Below, piece by piece: positions 20,113-30,819 of a DNA stretch of 64,000 nt; position 1 is the stretch's first letter, and each line of letters starts with the position of its first letter. Origin of the DNA: Silvanigrellaceae bacterium (GTDB lineage Bacteria; Bdellovibrionota_B; Oligoflexia; Silvanigrellales; Silvanigrellaceae); the NCBI GenBank assembly GCA_049423385.1, contig JBMSQQ010000001.1, forward strand, positions 1 to 64,000, in the 5' to 3' direction. The notes under the pieces are model-generated. The model searched no databases, was not told the origin of the DNA, and saw only the letters and a list, made by a program, of their open reading frames with translations. Position numbers and translations under genes: made by a program.

Positions 20113-21360
20113 TCAAGGTGCAATAAACCAACTGGTCTGCATTGTACCCGGAGGATTGATGTAGTCCGCAAAAGCATTGGGCTCGAGCTTGATGCGTCGA
20201 GCTTGAGTCGTCAGCGTCATCGCCCGACAAGCTCCTGCCGGTGAAAGATAACTTGAGACCAAAACAGACTCCATCAAATTCGAAGTAAATGCATAATCAA
20301 GGCCTGTGTTCTCGAAGCGGTAATAGAATTTCGAATTGAAACTGAAATGCATGAGCGTGCTGTTGATTGCTGTTGCTTGCTGGGAGGTGCATGGATTCAT
20401 GTAAGCCTGTCCAGAGCAGTTGTTGTTCACAAAAAGCGGCACGGCGCATCCAATCATGTTTCCAGTGACAAGTCCCAATTGTTGATTGCTTTCGCTCACC
20501 GCATCACCACCTGGCAATGCCAAAGAGTTCGCAACCTGATAAATGGAATACTTGTCTTCATTCAACGATCGCACATACAAACCGCTCGCGAGCGAATTCG
20601 CAGTCTGCGATGCACCCGTGTAAGGAAAGGTCACATAACTGATCAACGCACCCAGAGGGTTGTCAGCGCTCTTGTAAACTTTCAACCCATTCGAAACGGC
20701 ATTGCAGGTGTACGCAGTGCTGTTGACTTCGCTGGATTCGAGCACGTTGTTGTTGGCGATTCCATTTCCTCGTCCATCGTCAACACCAGACTCAAACTTT
20801 TGCCCGCCGGATGCACAATTTGGTCCGGGAGGCTCGGCGGTTGTCTTCACAAGAGCGCCTGGACCAGCAGGTCCTTCTTTTCCAGGCGAACCACGATCTC
20901 CAATCGGACCTTGGGGACCTTGGGGACCAATCGGTCCTTCGGGTCCTTGCGGTCCCTCGGGTCCTTTGTCTGGTGTGATTTTCTTCGCCGCCAGCGAGAT
21001 CGCATCGGGATCGATGCTGGTGGCGGATTCCCATTTGTCGCGCATGCAAAAACGGAACTGGGCTTCAGAAACGATGTAAACAATTTTTCGATGCTGCGAA
21101 GCATCGCACCGCGGCAAGGACCGCTCTGTTTCGTACACCGCTGATGGATGGTTGGATTGAACTGCCTCTCCGTATCGGGAAACCAGCTTTTTTGAGGAAG
21201 AACCGAACTCGCACCCAATCAATGCAAAGCAACCAAGAAAGGCTGTGAGTGTGCAAGCCGAATTTGCAGCTCTGGGTACAACAGACCCAAGTCCCTGCTG
21301 CATCACGTTGCGTTTCACACGTCGTCCCTCCACTCCGGGGTGTCCTTCCAAACTGGACAC
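20113..21360 (-). CDS. Collagen-like repeat lipoprotein (putative fibre adhesin)
   Basis: Lipobox LIGC; about 12 G-X-Y triplets; [11 protein letters not shown]...G.DD...LE..E....YTCN module; start uncertain. Confidence 0.7.
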   Translation of the reverse strand: MSSLEGHPGVEGRRVKRNVMQQGLGSVVPRAANSACTLTAFLGCFALIGCEFGSSSKKLVSRYGEAVQSNHPSAVYETERSLPRCDASQHRKIVYIVSEAQFRFCMRDKWESATSIDPDAISLAAKKITPDKGPEGPQGPEGPIGPQGPQGPIGDRGSPGKEGPAGPGALVKTTAEPPGPNCASGGQKFESGVDDGRGNGIANNNVLESSEVNSTAYTCNAVSNGLKVYKSADNPLGALISYVTFPYTGASQTANSLASGLYVRSLNEDKYSIYQVANSLALPGGDAVSESNQQLGLVTGNMIGCAVPLFVNNNCSGQAYMNPCTSQQATAINSTLMHFSFNSKFYYRFENTGLDYAFTSNLMESVLVSSYLSPAGACRAMTLTTQARRIKLEPNAFADYINPPGTMQTSWFIAP

Positions 21361-21546
21361 ACTTTGCCTAGGTGTCGACCGACTGTCGGTTCAACTTGAG
21401 AATTTTTTTTTAAAATTTCACGAAGCAAAAAAAAACACCGAATTTCCGGCGGTTTGAATAAAGTCCAAAACACTTGGAAGATAAAAATTTGCCGAAAATC
21501 GCTTCGAAATAGCGACCTGCGAAGCGCAGTCGGCTGAGAAACCGAA

Positions 21547-21621
<75 letters not shown>

Positions 21622-21699
21622 ATGATTCCAGGGTGGACACCAACTAGCAGGGTGCCACCCCGGAGTCAAGCCGGGCCGAGCCCACCTGTGGAAGACTCA

Positions 21700-22323
21700 T
21701 CAATCACGACAAAGTGAGCGCATGTGTCCGTAGAGATCATCAAGGAATTCCCGATCGAAGTTTTCACGCACCAAACGTACCTCATCGTCCGTCAGAGCAT
21801 TGGAGTAATCCACAAAGCGACGGACGTTGATATCACTGAATTGCAAACCCGACTGTGAACCTGCTTGCGACTGGCCAGGGAGAAGTTTGCTGGACTTCGA
21901 TTGTGCTTGGCCCTGCATGACCGGAATGTCCTTGGCTTTGGCCTGTGCCTGACCCTGGGTTTGAGTCTGGCCCTGTGACACGGGAATGTCCTTGCCCTTC
22001 ACTTGCGCCTGACCCTGGGTTTGAGTCTGGCCTTGATCTGCCATCTTGCCTTCAGCGGGGCGCAGCAGCGAATCGATGTACCCGCTATGCAACAGATACG
22101 CGTATGCAACATCTTGTGCGATCAACATACGATTGTTGACGTCCGAGCAAAACAGACCTGCAGATGGAAGCCCCCAATCAAGGAACTGACCCTGATAACC
22201 CATATAGGCGAGTTCGAAAGCGTTCGGCAAAAACGCTTCGTTTTGGGAGTCGTTTGCCTTTGCATTTGACACTGAAAGAACCGCACAAGCCATGGACAAC
22301 GATGCGACGATTCTTCGCAACAT
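21700..22323 (-). CDS. Secreted hypothetical protein with Gln-rich repeat
   Basis: AGGAGG RBS; signal peptide ending AKA; QGQTQTQGQAQ repeats. Confidence 0.65.
   Translation of the reverse strand: MLRRIVASLSMACAVLSVSNAKANDSQNEAFLPNAFELAYMGYQGQFLDWGLPSAGLFCSDVNNRMLIAQDVAYAYLLHSGYIDSLLRPAEGKMADQGQTQTQGQAQVKGKDIPVSQGQTQTQGQAQAKAKDIPVMQGQAQSKSSKLLPGQSQAGSQSGLQFSDINVRRFVDYSNALTDDEVRLVRENFDREFLDDLYGHMRSLCRD
21923..22032. repeat. 60-bp tandem duplication (in-frame, about 2 copies)
   Basis: GGAATGTCCTTG...GCCTGACCCTGGGTTTGAGTCTGGCC recurs with period 60. Confidence 0.85.
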
Positions 22324-22414
22324 ATCTCCTCCTGTAGTTTGGAAGTATGGACCCGCGGTAGCCAGCTGAATTACTGACCCAGAACCCAGTTCAATTCAAT
22401 TCTTCAATCTGATT

Positions 22415-24772
22415 TCAGGAAACAGATCGCTGACGGCGTGCCTCAAGTTCATCCACTTCAAGCGCCGCCAAAAGGACGTCCTGCAAATTCTCGGCAAAAA
22501 CAAAATCGATGCTCTGACGAACATCTTCGGGCAGAGCGGCAATATCCCGCTGATTACCCGCAGGCAAAACCACACGTCGCAAACCAAGCCGATGGGCAGC
22601 CAACACCTTTTCCTTGATCCCGCCTACAGGCAAAACCAAACCGGTCAAACTCATTTCGCCAGTCATCGCAGTATCACTGCGGACTGATCTGGATGTCCAC
22701 AGCGAAGCCAAGGCAACAGCAATTGTCACTCCTGCAGAAGGACCATCCTTGGGAACCGCACCAGCCGGGATATGAATGTGCAAACCCGAATGCTCAAAAA
22801 AATTGGAATCTATCGCCATCTTTTTGTGCTGGGACCAAATGAAACTCCGGGCTGCCTGAGCGCTTTCGCGCATCACGTCACCCAACTGACCAGTGAGCTG
22901 AATATCACGTCCCCCTGGCAGCGAAACAGCCTCGACATAGAGAACATCTCCGCCTGACTCCGTCCATGCCAATGCCGCAGCAACGCCGGGTGGCAAAAGA
23001 GACCGCCTTGCGTCCACAGGAAAAGGAGGGATTCCAAGCAGGAATTCAACCTCGGCAGGCGACAATTCAGCTGACACGGGACGACTTTGCTCGAGCGCCA
23101 ACGCAACTCGACGAGAAACTTGTCCAATCACGCGTTCCAACTGCCGAACCCCCGCCTCACGTGTGAAGCGTCGAATCAGGAAGCGAACAGACTCATCATT
23201 GAAGTGACATAAATTCTCCTCCAAACCGGTGGCCTGCAATTGGCGAGGAACGAGATAGGCTTTGGCGATATGCAACTTTTCATCGTCCGTATAACCGGAC
23301 AATCGCACGACCTCCATGCGATCAAGCAGCGGAGTTGGAATCGAATCCGAATTGTTGGCTGTGACAATAAAAAAAACCTTTGAGAGATCAAAAGGCACAT
23401 CAAGATAATTGTCGTGAAAGGAATTGTTCTGCGCCGGATCCAGAATCTCCAGAAGCGCAGCTGCAGGATCACCACGAAAATCCCGACCCAGTTTGTCCAC
23501 CTCATCGAGCATCAACAGTGGGTTTCTCGCACCAGCCCTGCGAATGGCCTGAATAATTCGACCAGGCATTGCACCGATGTACGTCCTGCGGTGCCCACGC
23601 AATTCTGCCTCATCATGCAATCCTCCCAAACTCATACGCTCAAAACGACGACCCAAGGCACGAGCAATGGATGCACCCAGTGAAGTTTTGCCAACTCCAG
23701 GCGGGCCGACAAGACACAAAATGGGATCACGCGCAGTTCGGTTTCTCTTCATGACCACAAGTTGTTCAAGAATTCTTCCCTTGACCTCCGCCAATCCAAA
23801 ATGATCTTCATCCAAAATTGAACGCGCCCGTTCCAAATCAAGATTGTCCTCGGTGGAAAACTTCCACGGCAATTCCGCAATCAACTCAAGGTGTGTTCTC
23901 AGCACCTGATAGTCCGGAGCAGCGATGTTGATTTGTTCCAACCTTTCCAGTTCAGACAACGACTCCTTCAATACCGATGCGGGAGGTCCAGAGGCGACAA
24001 GCTTTTCCCGAAGTTGTTGGATCTCTGCCTGACCCGAATCGTGGGAGCCAAGTTCCTGCTGAATCGCCCGCATCTGCTGACGCAGCAAATATTCACGCTG
24101 CTCACGTGACATTGCACTTGCAGCCTGCGAACTGATCTTTTCCCTGAGATTGAGGACCTCAACCTCATATCCCAAAAACTCGACCATCTGCCTGTACAAT
24201 TCCTCCTGAGTGGATGACTCCAGGAGTGCTTGTTCTTTGTGAACATCAAGACTCAACAATGATGCCAAAAGATAAATCTGCCCAAGCGGATCCTGGATTT
24301 GCTGAACCAGCCGGACAAGATTCCCCGTACCCTTGAGCTCGGTAAGCTCCTGAACACGTTCCGTCAGGTCAACAATGGAACGCTGCAAAGCATCCACTTC
24401 CGGGGACGCATTGCGCGCAACAAGCGACTCGTATGCATCTGCTTCAAGGAATCTTCCATTGTTTTGAACGTTTGCAACCTTGACCCGAAACAGTCCCTGA
24501 AGATTGATCTCCAACGACGAATCCAGTCTCACAAATCGACGCACATGAGCCAGCGTGCCAAACTCAAAAAGGTCATGACCCATGGGGTCGCTGGCACCCG
24601 AGTCACGTTGGGTCAGGGCAATAATCCACTTTTCCTCGGTGGCAATCGCTGCCTCGACCGCAGCAATGGACAACGAACGACTGACAGATGTGGGGACTAT
24701 CAGGTGTGGAAACAAAACGGCATTTCGAATGGGCAGCAACGGCAAACGACGAGGCAAAGCGTTTTGATTCAT
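22415..24772 (-). CDS. lon: ATP-dependent Lon protease (LonA type)
   Basis: LON N-domain; GPPGVGKT; LDEVDK; PKDGPSAG (catalytic Ser); VGGIKEK. Confidence 0.95.
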   Translation of the reverse strand: MNQNALPRRLPLLPIRNAVLFPHLIVPTSVSRSLSIAAVEAAIATEEKWIIALTQRDSGASDPMGHDLFEFGTLAHVRRFVRLDSSLEINLQGLFRVKVANVQNNGRFLEADAYESLVARNASPEVDALQRSIVDLTERVQELTELKGTGNLVRLVQQIQDPLGQIYLLASLLSLDVHKEQALLESSTQEELYRQMVEFLGYEVEVLNLREKISSQAASAMSREQREYLLRQQMRAIQQELGSHDSGQAEIQQLREKLVASGPPASVLKESLSELERLEQINIAAPDYQVLRTHLELIAELPWKFSTEDNLDLERARSILDEDHFGLAEVKGRILEQLVVMKRNRTARDPILCLVGPPGVGKTSLGASIARALGRRFERMSLGGLHDEAELRGHRRTYIGAMPGRIIQAIRRAGARNPLLMLDEVDKLGRDFRGDPAAALLEILDPAQNNSFHDNYLDVPFDLSKVFFIVTANNSDSIPTPLLDRMEVVRLSGYTDDEKLHIAKAYLVPRQLQATGLEENLCHFNDESVRFLIRRFTREAGVRQLERVIGQVSRRVALALEQSRPVSAELSPAEVEFLLGIPPFPVDARRSLLPPGVAAALAWTESGGDVLYVEAVSLPGGRDIQLTGQLGDVMRESAQAARSFIWSQHKKMAIDSNFFEHSGLHIHIPAGAVPKDGPSAGVTIAVALASLWTSRSVRSDTAMTGEMSLTGLVLPVGGIKEKVLAAHRLGLRRVVLPAGNQRDIAALPEDVRQSIDFVFAENLQDVLLAALEVDELEARRQRSVS

Positions 24773-24978
24773 GGCTCACCTCACTGAGAAGTGACGACCT
24801 CGAGGCTCAAAGGAAAACATAATTCCATCGCTGTCAGGAACAAAATCACCCTCGACAATTCTTACCGAAATGAACTTTTGCATGGCTCGTTCCAAACCAA
24901 AAGAAAGTCTAGCCTCTGGGCTGGGGAGCGGAACACGGCAACTGACGTGAACGCAATCTTTGAAAACAGGAGAGCTTC

Positions 24979-25575
24979 ATGACCATCTATACAGAAATCG
25001 CCTACAGAGACATGGAACCATCACCTCGACTTTCCAACCTCATCCAAAAAAAAATGGATAAAATTGAAAAAATATTCGCCCACATTTCGGCGTGCCGTGT
25101 CGTGATTGAGGCACCACACAAACACAGTCTGAGGGGAAACCTTTTTCATGTCCGAATCGACCTGTCCGCACCCATGGCAGAACTCGTCGCAAGCCGTGAC
25201 GCCAGCGTCAAAATATCCCATGAACAGGTGGATGTGGCGATTCGGGATGCTTTCTCGGCACTCGCCAGACAATTGCAAAAACACAAGGAGAAGTTGAGGT
25301 TGGACTTTCATATTCCCGACAAGCTCCCCACCGGAGTGGTCAAGGAATTGTTTCCTTACGAGGACTATGGAATCATTGAGGCATCGAACGGCCGGGAAAT
25401 CTACTTTCACCGAAACAGTGTGGTGGAAGGGGAATTCGACCGATTCAAGATAGGCGACGAACTTCGGTTCAATGAAGAACTTGGTGCAAAGGGTCCACAA
25501 GCAAGCACGGTTCACTTTGCAAGACGGAGATCGTCGGGAAATGTGGAAAAATCTGAAACCAGCAGCAACACATGA
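24979..25575 (+). CDS. HPF/RaiA domain fused to a cold-shock domain
   Basis: YRDMEPS...CRVVIEAPHKH...VAIRDAF, then YGIIEASNGREIYFHRNSV...GPQASTV. Confidence 0.88.
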   Translation: MTIYTEIAYRDMEPSPRLSNLIQKKMDKIEKIFAHISACRVVIEAPHKHSLRGNLFHVRIDLSAPMAELVASRDASVKISHEQVDVAIRDAFSALARQLQKHKEKLRLDFHIPDKLPTGVVKELFPYEDYGIIEASNGREIYFHRNSVVEGEFDRFKIGDELRFNEELGAKGPQASTVHFARRRSSGNVEKSETSSNT

Positions 25576-25608
25576 ACAGAAACTCTCCAGTGCGAGGGAA
25601 TATCGAAA

Positions 25609-27465
25609 ATGAGCCTTGGCCGGAGACTGTTGTCGGAACTGGTATTCTATCGAACCTATCCTGTTTTCACCGACAGCGGATTTCGCGAAACACGCAACCA
25701 AACCATCTCCAGGGTCGAACAGATGCACCTGGACAGATTTCCTGGCCTGACAAAAGAGATCCGCAATGCCTTTGGATGGATCTATTCCGGACACGTACGC
25801 CCGAGCATGAGATCATTTCAATTTGCCGGAGACCCCATCCGGCGCGAGAACGTCCGTATGTTCAACTGCGCAGGTCAAGGATTGGACAACGTGCAGAAAT
25901 TTTCGGACTTCCTCTACATCTTGATGTGCGGGACAGGACAGGGATTCTCGGTCGAAAAAAGATTCATCCAGCAATTGCCCGTTATCGTTCATGGCCATGA
26001 GGCACAATTTACGATCGAGGACAGCAAAGAGTCATGGGCTGACAGCGTACGATCATTGATTCTCAATCCCAAGACTCAATTCAATTATGGACTCATTCGG
26101 GCGAGGGGAACCCCGCTGACAACCGGGGGAACAGCAAGCGGACCTGAGCCCCTGAGACAGGCGCATGAACGAATTCGGGAAATTCTCAAATCAGCCAGGG
26201 GTCGCAAACTCAAGGACATCGAGTGCGCAGATATCGTCTGCATGCTCGCAGAAGTTGTTGTTGTTGGAGGTGTCCGGCGCGCGGCTCTGATTTGCCTTTT
26301 TGATTCAGACAGCGCCGAGATGCTCTCCTTCAAATCAGGTCGTTGGTGGGAAACACATCCCTGGCGGGCAAGAACAAACATCAGTGCACGCTTGCTGCGA
26401 ACCGACGAACATTTTGAGGACAAACTGAGAGCAGTTGTTGCATCATGCTTTGCCAATCAAAGTGGTGAACCTGGTTTAAGCCTGATGAATGACCCGGATT
26501 GGTTTTACAATCCCTGCCACGAGGTTTCACTCAAGGCATTCTGCAACTTGACCTCGGTCAACGTTGCTGCGTGCAGAAACAGACAGGAATTTCTCGAGAG
26601 CGTGAAGGCAGCAACATTCATTGGAGTTCTGCAAAAAAATTACACTTCATTTCATTACATTTCGCGCCAATGGCAAGTCGACTGCGAGCAGGAGGCTCTG
26701 TTGGGCGTGAGTTTCACCGGCCTTGCGCTGGCATGGCACCTTGTCTCGGAACCCTCTTTGATGGCTGCCGCTGCAGCAATTGCCCTTGAAACAGACGAAC
26801 ACTTCTCGCATCTTCTTGGCATGCCGCAGGCAGCCCGCATCGGCACCATCAAGCCCTCGGGAACCGAGTCGGCAGAACTGGGAGTGACTTCCGGCATCCA
26901 TGCTGCTCATGCCAAACACTATGTCAGACGCGTCCGTATCGAACGAAATTCTGCGATTGCAGATTATCTTTTGGCACGCTGGACAGAAGGAGAACCTGGA
27001 TCGGGATGCTTCATCGAAAGGGATGCACATGGGGAAGGTTCAATCGTTGTCGCATTTCCAGTCTCTCACGATGAAGGAATCATCAGAGCCAACGAATCGT
27101 CGATTCAACTGCTTGAACGTTGCAAATACATGACCCAAAATTGGATATTGCCGACCCATCGACGGGGACCCAATCCACACAATGTGAGCGTGACCGTGAG
27201 TTACAAGCCACAGGAACACGAAGACATCTGCAACTGGATGATTGCCAACAGAACCTCATTCAGCGGAATCAGTCTGCTTCCCGACAATGGAGGCGAATAT
27301 CTGCAGGCACCATTTCAAAGCTTGAGCAAAGACGAATTCGAAAAGCGATGCGCTGAACTTCCGCGAAACCTGGATTTCTCGCAAGTCATCGGTCCCGCCG
27401 GAAAATCGCACGACGACAGATTTATCGATTGGGCATGTGCTGGTGACAGTTGCGAACCATCCTGA
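25609..27465 (+). CDS. nrdJ: Class II (AdoCbl) ribonucleotide reductase, compact monomeric type
   Basis: YRTY, PSMR, FNCA, GTGQGFS, GGVRRAA, NPCHE, FCNL, IKPSGT, HNVSVT, C-terminal CAGDSC. Confidence 0.9.
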   Translation: MSLGRRLLSELVFYRTYPVFTDSGFRETRNQTISRVEQMHLDRFPGLTKEIRNAFGWIYSGHVRPSMRSFQFAGDPIRRENVRMFNCAGQGLDNVQKFSDFLYILMCGTGQGFSVEKRFIQQLPVIVHGHEAQFTIEDSKESWADSVRSLILNPKTQFNYGLIRARGTPLTTGGTASGPEPLRQAHERIREILKSARGRKLKDIECADIVCMLAEVVVVGGVRRAALICLFDSDSAEMLSFKSGRWWETHPWRARTNISARLLRTDEHFEDKLRAVVASCFANQSGEPGLSLMNDPDWFYNPCHEVSLKAFCNLTSVNVAACRNRQEFLESVKAATFIGVLQKNYTSFHYISRQWQVDCEQEALLGVSFTGLALAWHLVSEPSLMAAAAAIALETDEHFSHLLGMPQAARIGTIKPSGTESAELGVTSGIHAAHAKHYVRRVRIERNSAIADYLLARWTEGEPGSGCFIERDAHGEGSIVVAFPVSHDEGIIRANESSIQLLERCKYMTQNWILPTHRRGPNPHNVSVTVSYKPQEHEDICNWMIANRTSFSGISLLPDNGGEYLQAPFQSLSKDEFEKRCAELPRNLDFSQVIGPAGKSHDDRFIDWACAGDSCEPS

Positions 27466-27473
27466 GGTGCGAA

Positions 27474-28649
27474 CTATTTTTGGCACTTGAATTCGGATCC
27501 GAACTCTAGCGCTCCGCCATCAAACACGGATTCCTCCAAAAGTCGGCCTCCGTCACGATTGGGAGAAAACGGCATGACTTCGAATAGCTTCGTCGTGATT
27601 CGTGTTTGAAAAGATTGCTCAGAGCCATTCTTTTCAAATCCTGACTCCTTGGGTATCGCAATTCCTCCGAAAGTCTTCCTGTCCGCGACTGCGGAAATGG
27701 TCAGCCGGCGGTTTAGAAATGCGGAACTCAATTCAAAGTCGCCGTTACAGGCATCAACTTTACTTTCAAAGACAGTGCCGAGATTTTGAGGCGCAAAATC
27801 GATTGAAACGAGGGGGCTTCTGTAACCAACCAGCCAAGCCTCTGGTTTTATCACTCCCACCTGCAATGGTCGTCCGCCGGCCACCGCAACACCACGATTG
27901 CGGACTTTGTCATAGGCCTGCATCCACACATAAGCAGGCGGAAACGAGACGCCCCAGTTTTTTTCAATGTGGGCGAATCCGGTTCCCGAAACACGTTGCA
28001 ACCCATTTCCATTTCGACTGGGCAGACTTGCCTCAAATTCCACGCGAGAGCGCAAACTGTGGACAAACCAATGCAGTGGAAAAGACCTGAAAAGGCTGAT
28101 GTATCCCTCGGGACCAAGGCCACTCGCATTCCACGAAGTCACTTCCAGCCAACGTGCACGAGCTGAAACACCGTTACTCAAACTGAGCTGAACTGCATCG
28201 GCAGAAAACTCTCCTACACCTTCGGCCGTCCAGCGGAATGATGCCTTTCCCGTCGGAGCAGGATCACGATTTACAATATCGCTATGATTCAGAAATAATT
28301 TGGTGTTCTTCGGAAAGACCTCGAAGGATCGCAAAGGTTGACCCGACGAACCACCATCCAGGACAGCTGCATAGCCAGTAAGACCTTTGCTCTCGGCGTC
28401 TGTTCGAGCTTCGCCCGGTGGCAGATAAGAGCCAACGATGACTCCCAATGACTGCTGTGTGGCGCTGTCGGGCGTAATCCGGACGTACCAACCTTCAAAC
28501 CAGGGTCCGCGATCTGGAAGGCGATGAGGATCGAGCAGCGAATCAACGGAAGATTCAGGTGGTCCAAAACTCCGCTTTTGACATCCCATCGCAAAAAGAG
28601 TCAGAAGTCCCGGCCAAAATATTCTGAACAGAGAATTTCTTTTGTGCAC
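27474..28649 (-). CDS. Tocopherol cyclase-like lipoprotein
   Basis: WFEGWYVR, EKNWGVSFP..YVWMQ; lipobox-like AMGC. Confidence 0.75.
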   Translation of the reverse strand: MHKRNSLFRIFWPGLLTLFAMGCQKRSFGPPESSVDSLLDPHRLPDRGPWFEGWYVRITPDSATQQSLGVIVGSYLPPGEARTDAESKGLTGYAAVLDGGSSGQPLRSFEVFPKNTKLFLNHSDIVNRDPAPTGKASFRWTAEGVGEFSADAVQLSLSNGVSARARWLEVTSWNASGLGPEGYISLFRSFPLHWFVHSLRSRVEFEASLPSRNGNGLQRVSGTGFAHIEKNWGVSFPPAYVWMQAYDKVRNRGVAVAGGRPLQVGVIKPEAWLVGYRSPLVSIDFAPQNLGTVFESKVDACNGDFELSSAFLNRRLTISAVADRKTFGGIAIPKESGFEKNGSEQSFQTRITTKLFEVMPFSPNRDGGRLLEESVFDGGALEFGSEFKCQK

Positions 28650-28678
28650 CGGGCACTCCCATGAAAAGGTTGCGCAGG

Positions 28679-30805
28679 CTACCCGGCCCGCTTCGACGAT
28701 TCCTGCCGCAATGCAGACTCGTTCACCTCTGGTTCATGCTCCTCGGATTCAACCACCAAACGTGGACGCATCTTTTGAGCCAATCTGTCCACGGCATCTG
28801 CCCGTGCCCGTTCGGGTGAAATATCAGAACCACGTCGAAAGACCTGCGTCGTCTGATTCTTCTTCAACCTGCTGCGCACGCGAAGGCCTCTCACAGCATG
28901 TCCAAGATCCTGAACCACATCTTCAATACGATAAGACTGCTCGCGAACATCCTGAACATGACGATTCAGCTCTACTCGAATATTTCCAGTATGGTTGAGA
29001 GCAGACTCAACCATGTCAACCTGGTCACAGATATTCCTGACAATCTGATCTTGCTCCCTGAGTGACTGAACAGAGAGCTCAATCGCCTCGACAACGCTCG
29101 GCAAAGGCGTATTCATTTGATGCGAAGACTTTGTAGCCTCGGAAACCATTTGAACGGTTGTGGAAATTCTCTGCCTGAAAACCGCCGAAGCGTCGAAGAT
29201 TTGCTTCCTCGATTTTGAAACTGCATCCGAGACCTCCCTCGAAAGCTTCTCGGTGACTTCGGAAAATCCACGTATTTCTTTCGCAACGTTTGCAAAGCCC
29301 TTGCCATGTTGCCCGGCACGGTTTGCTTCGATGGAGGCGTTGAAGCCAACAAGTTGAGCCTTGAACACCAGGTCATTCAATTCGGCAAGGTGGCCATGAA
29401 TTTCATCCAAAGACTGCTCAATACCGCCAATCAGCTGTGCAGCCTCCTCGATACCGGAAAGTCCATCAACAACAGGACCCAGATCATTGCGAACCGAAGA
29501 CGCATCAGAAATAAAATTGCGCAATGCTTTGGCGCTCTCAGACAATGCTTCTCCGCGGGTTTCCGACTGTGTGAGAATGTCGCGACCTTTTTGAAGGACA
29601 TCCGAAATTGACTCAACCCCAACTGAATCGAGTGAACCAATTCGCTTGAGGGCTTCGTTCAATTCATCGCCAACCTCGATCAGCCGGATCGTCTCATCCT
29701 TCAGCTTCACCGAATACTCAAGATATTCCCTCACAAGCGAGCGGGCGGCACCGTAGCCGACAAGTCCAAAAACAACAGTAAACATGAACAACAGTGAATA
29801 GAAAATTCTCTTTTGGGTGGTGATATCGGACATCACTTCGGCACTGGCTGCCGATACGAGAACCGACCAATTGAGACTCTCGGGAATTCTGGGGTCCTTG
29901 ATTTGATGATAGCCCCACAGTCGCTCCGCACGGGTCACACGATCCACTTCCACCAATGCACCCGTTTTTCCGCTGACAGCCTCCTGTGCCGCAGCTTGGC
30001 CCAATTGGGTTGCCACATTCCAGCGTAAAATCCGGTCCTGATTTCTTTTGACTTCTCCCTTTTCTCCAATTACTTCCGAAGAAACTTCGGCTGAAAGAAG
30101 TCCATCCCTGTTCAACAACATCAATTGGGCAGTTTGTACGCCACTGTAACGCATGCTTTCAAAAATGCGCTGGAGTTCGCTTTCAACGAATCGAATACTC
30201 ACCCGTGCCGTAATCACACCAACCCGGTTGCCGTCTGGACCATTCACCGCGCGCGAGAAACCAACGCCTTGCAAGGTCGTGCCATGCAATGCGCTTGATA
30301 TTGGATCAACCTGCAGATCTTCAAAGAAGGCTCCTCCGACGAGCCGGGGCTTTTCATTTTTCGGCTCCGCCTTGATCACACCCTGAAACCATGGGGTTTC
30401 TGCGAACGAGCGGCCCTCCATTGTTTTGTTGTCCAGTGCCCGTCCGTCGAAAGTTTTGGTGTTTGAGGCCAAGAATTTTCCACTTGCATCGACAAACATG
30501 ATGGTGTCGTAGACTTGGTATCCTGCCACGAGAGAATTCAATACGGAGGTCATGGCTTCGCGCTGATTCGATTGAAAGACGGTATTGGATGCAAAAGCGT
30601 CAATATCCGCGGCCCGCTCAAAGAAGGAAGAAGAGACGTTCTGCCCCGCAAGCATGGCACGAGATGTATATTCGGATTTTTGCGCAGTGGTGCGTGCCTG
30701 AAAGTTTTGGTTTGCTTGCAGGAAAGCAAAGACCACCACGGTCGCCAATCCAGCGAGTGCCAGGAACAAAAGCTTGCTCCGCAGCGAAAGTGCACGCCAG
30801 AACAT
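28679..30805 (-). CDS. Methyl-accepting chemotaxis protein with a dCache-like periplasmic domain
   Basis: Two TM helices; hairpin tip GFNASIEANRAGQHGKGFANVAKEIR. Confidence 0.85.
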   Translation of the reverse strand: MFWRALSLRSKLLFLALAGLATVVVFAFLQANQNFQARTTAQKSEYTSRAMLAGQNVSSSFFERAADIDAFASNTVFQSNQREAMTSVLNSLVAGYQVYDTIMFVDASGKFLASNTKTFDGRALDNKTMEGRSFAETPWFQGVIKAEPKNEKPRLVGGAFFEDLQVDPISSALHGTTLQGVGFSRAVNGPDGNRVGVITARVSIRFVESELQRIFESMRYSGVQTAQLMLLNRDGLLSAEVSSEVIGEKGEVKRNQDRILRWNVATQLGQAAAQEAVSGKTGALVEVDRVTRAERLWGYHQIKDPRIPESLNWSVLVSAASAEVMSDITTQKRIFYSLLFMFTVVFGLVGYGAARSLVREYLEYSVKLKDETIRLIEVGDELNEALKRIGSLDSVGVESISDVLQKGRDILTQSETRGEALSESAKALRNFISDASSVRNDLGPVVDGLSGIEEAAQLIGGIEQSLDEIHGHLAELNDLVFKAQLVGFNASIEANRAGQHGKGFANVAKEIRGFSEVTEKLSREVSDAVSKSRKQIFDASAVFRQRISTTVQMVSEATKSSHQMNTPLPSVVEAIELSVQSLREQDQIVRNICDQVDMVESALNHTGNIRVELNRHVQDVREQSYRIEDVVQDLGHAVRGLRVRSRLKKNQTTQVFRRGSDISPERARADAVDRLAQKMRPRLVVESEEHEPEVNESALRQESSKRAG

Positions 30806-30819
30806 GTTCCCGTCTCCCT

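Noticed and set aside
25609..27465. Prophage remnant around nrdJ
   Set aside because: No other phage genes flank it
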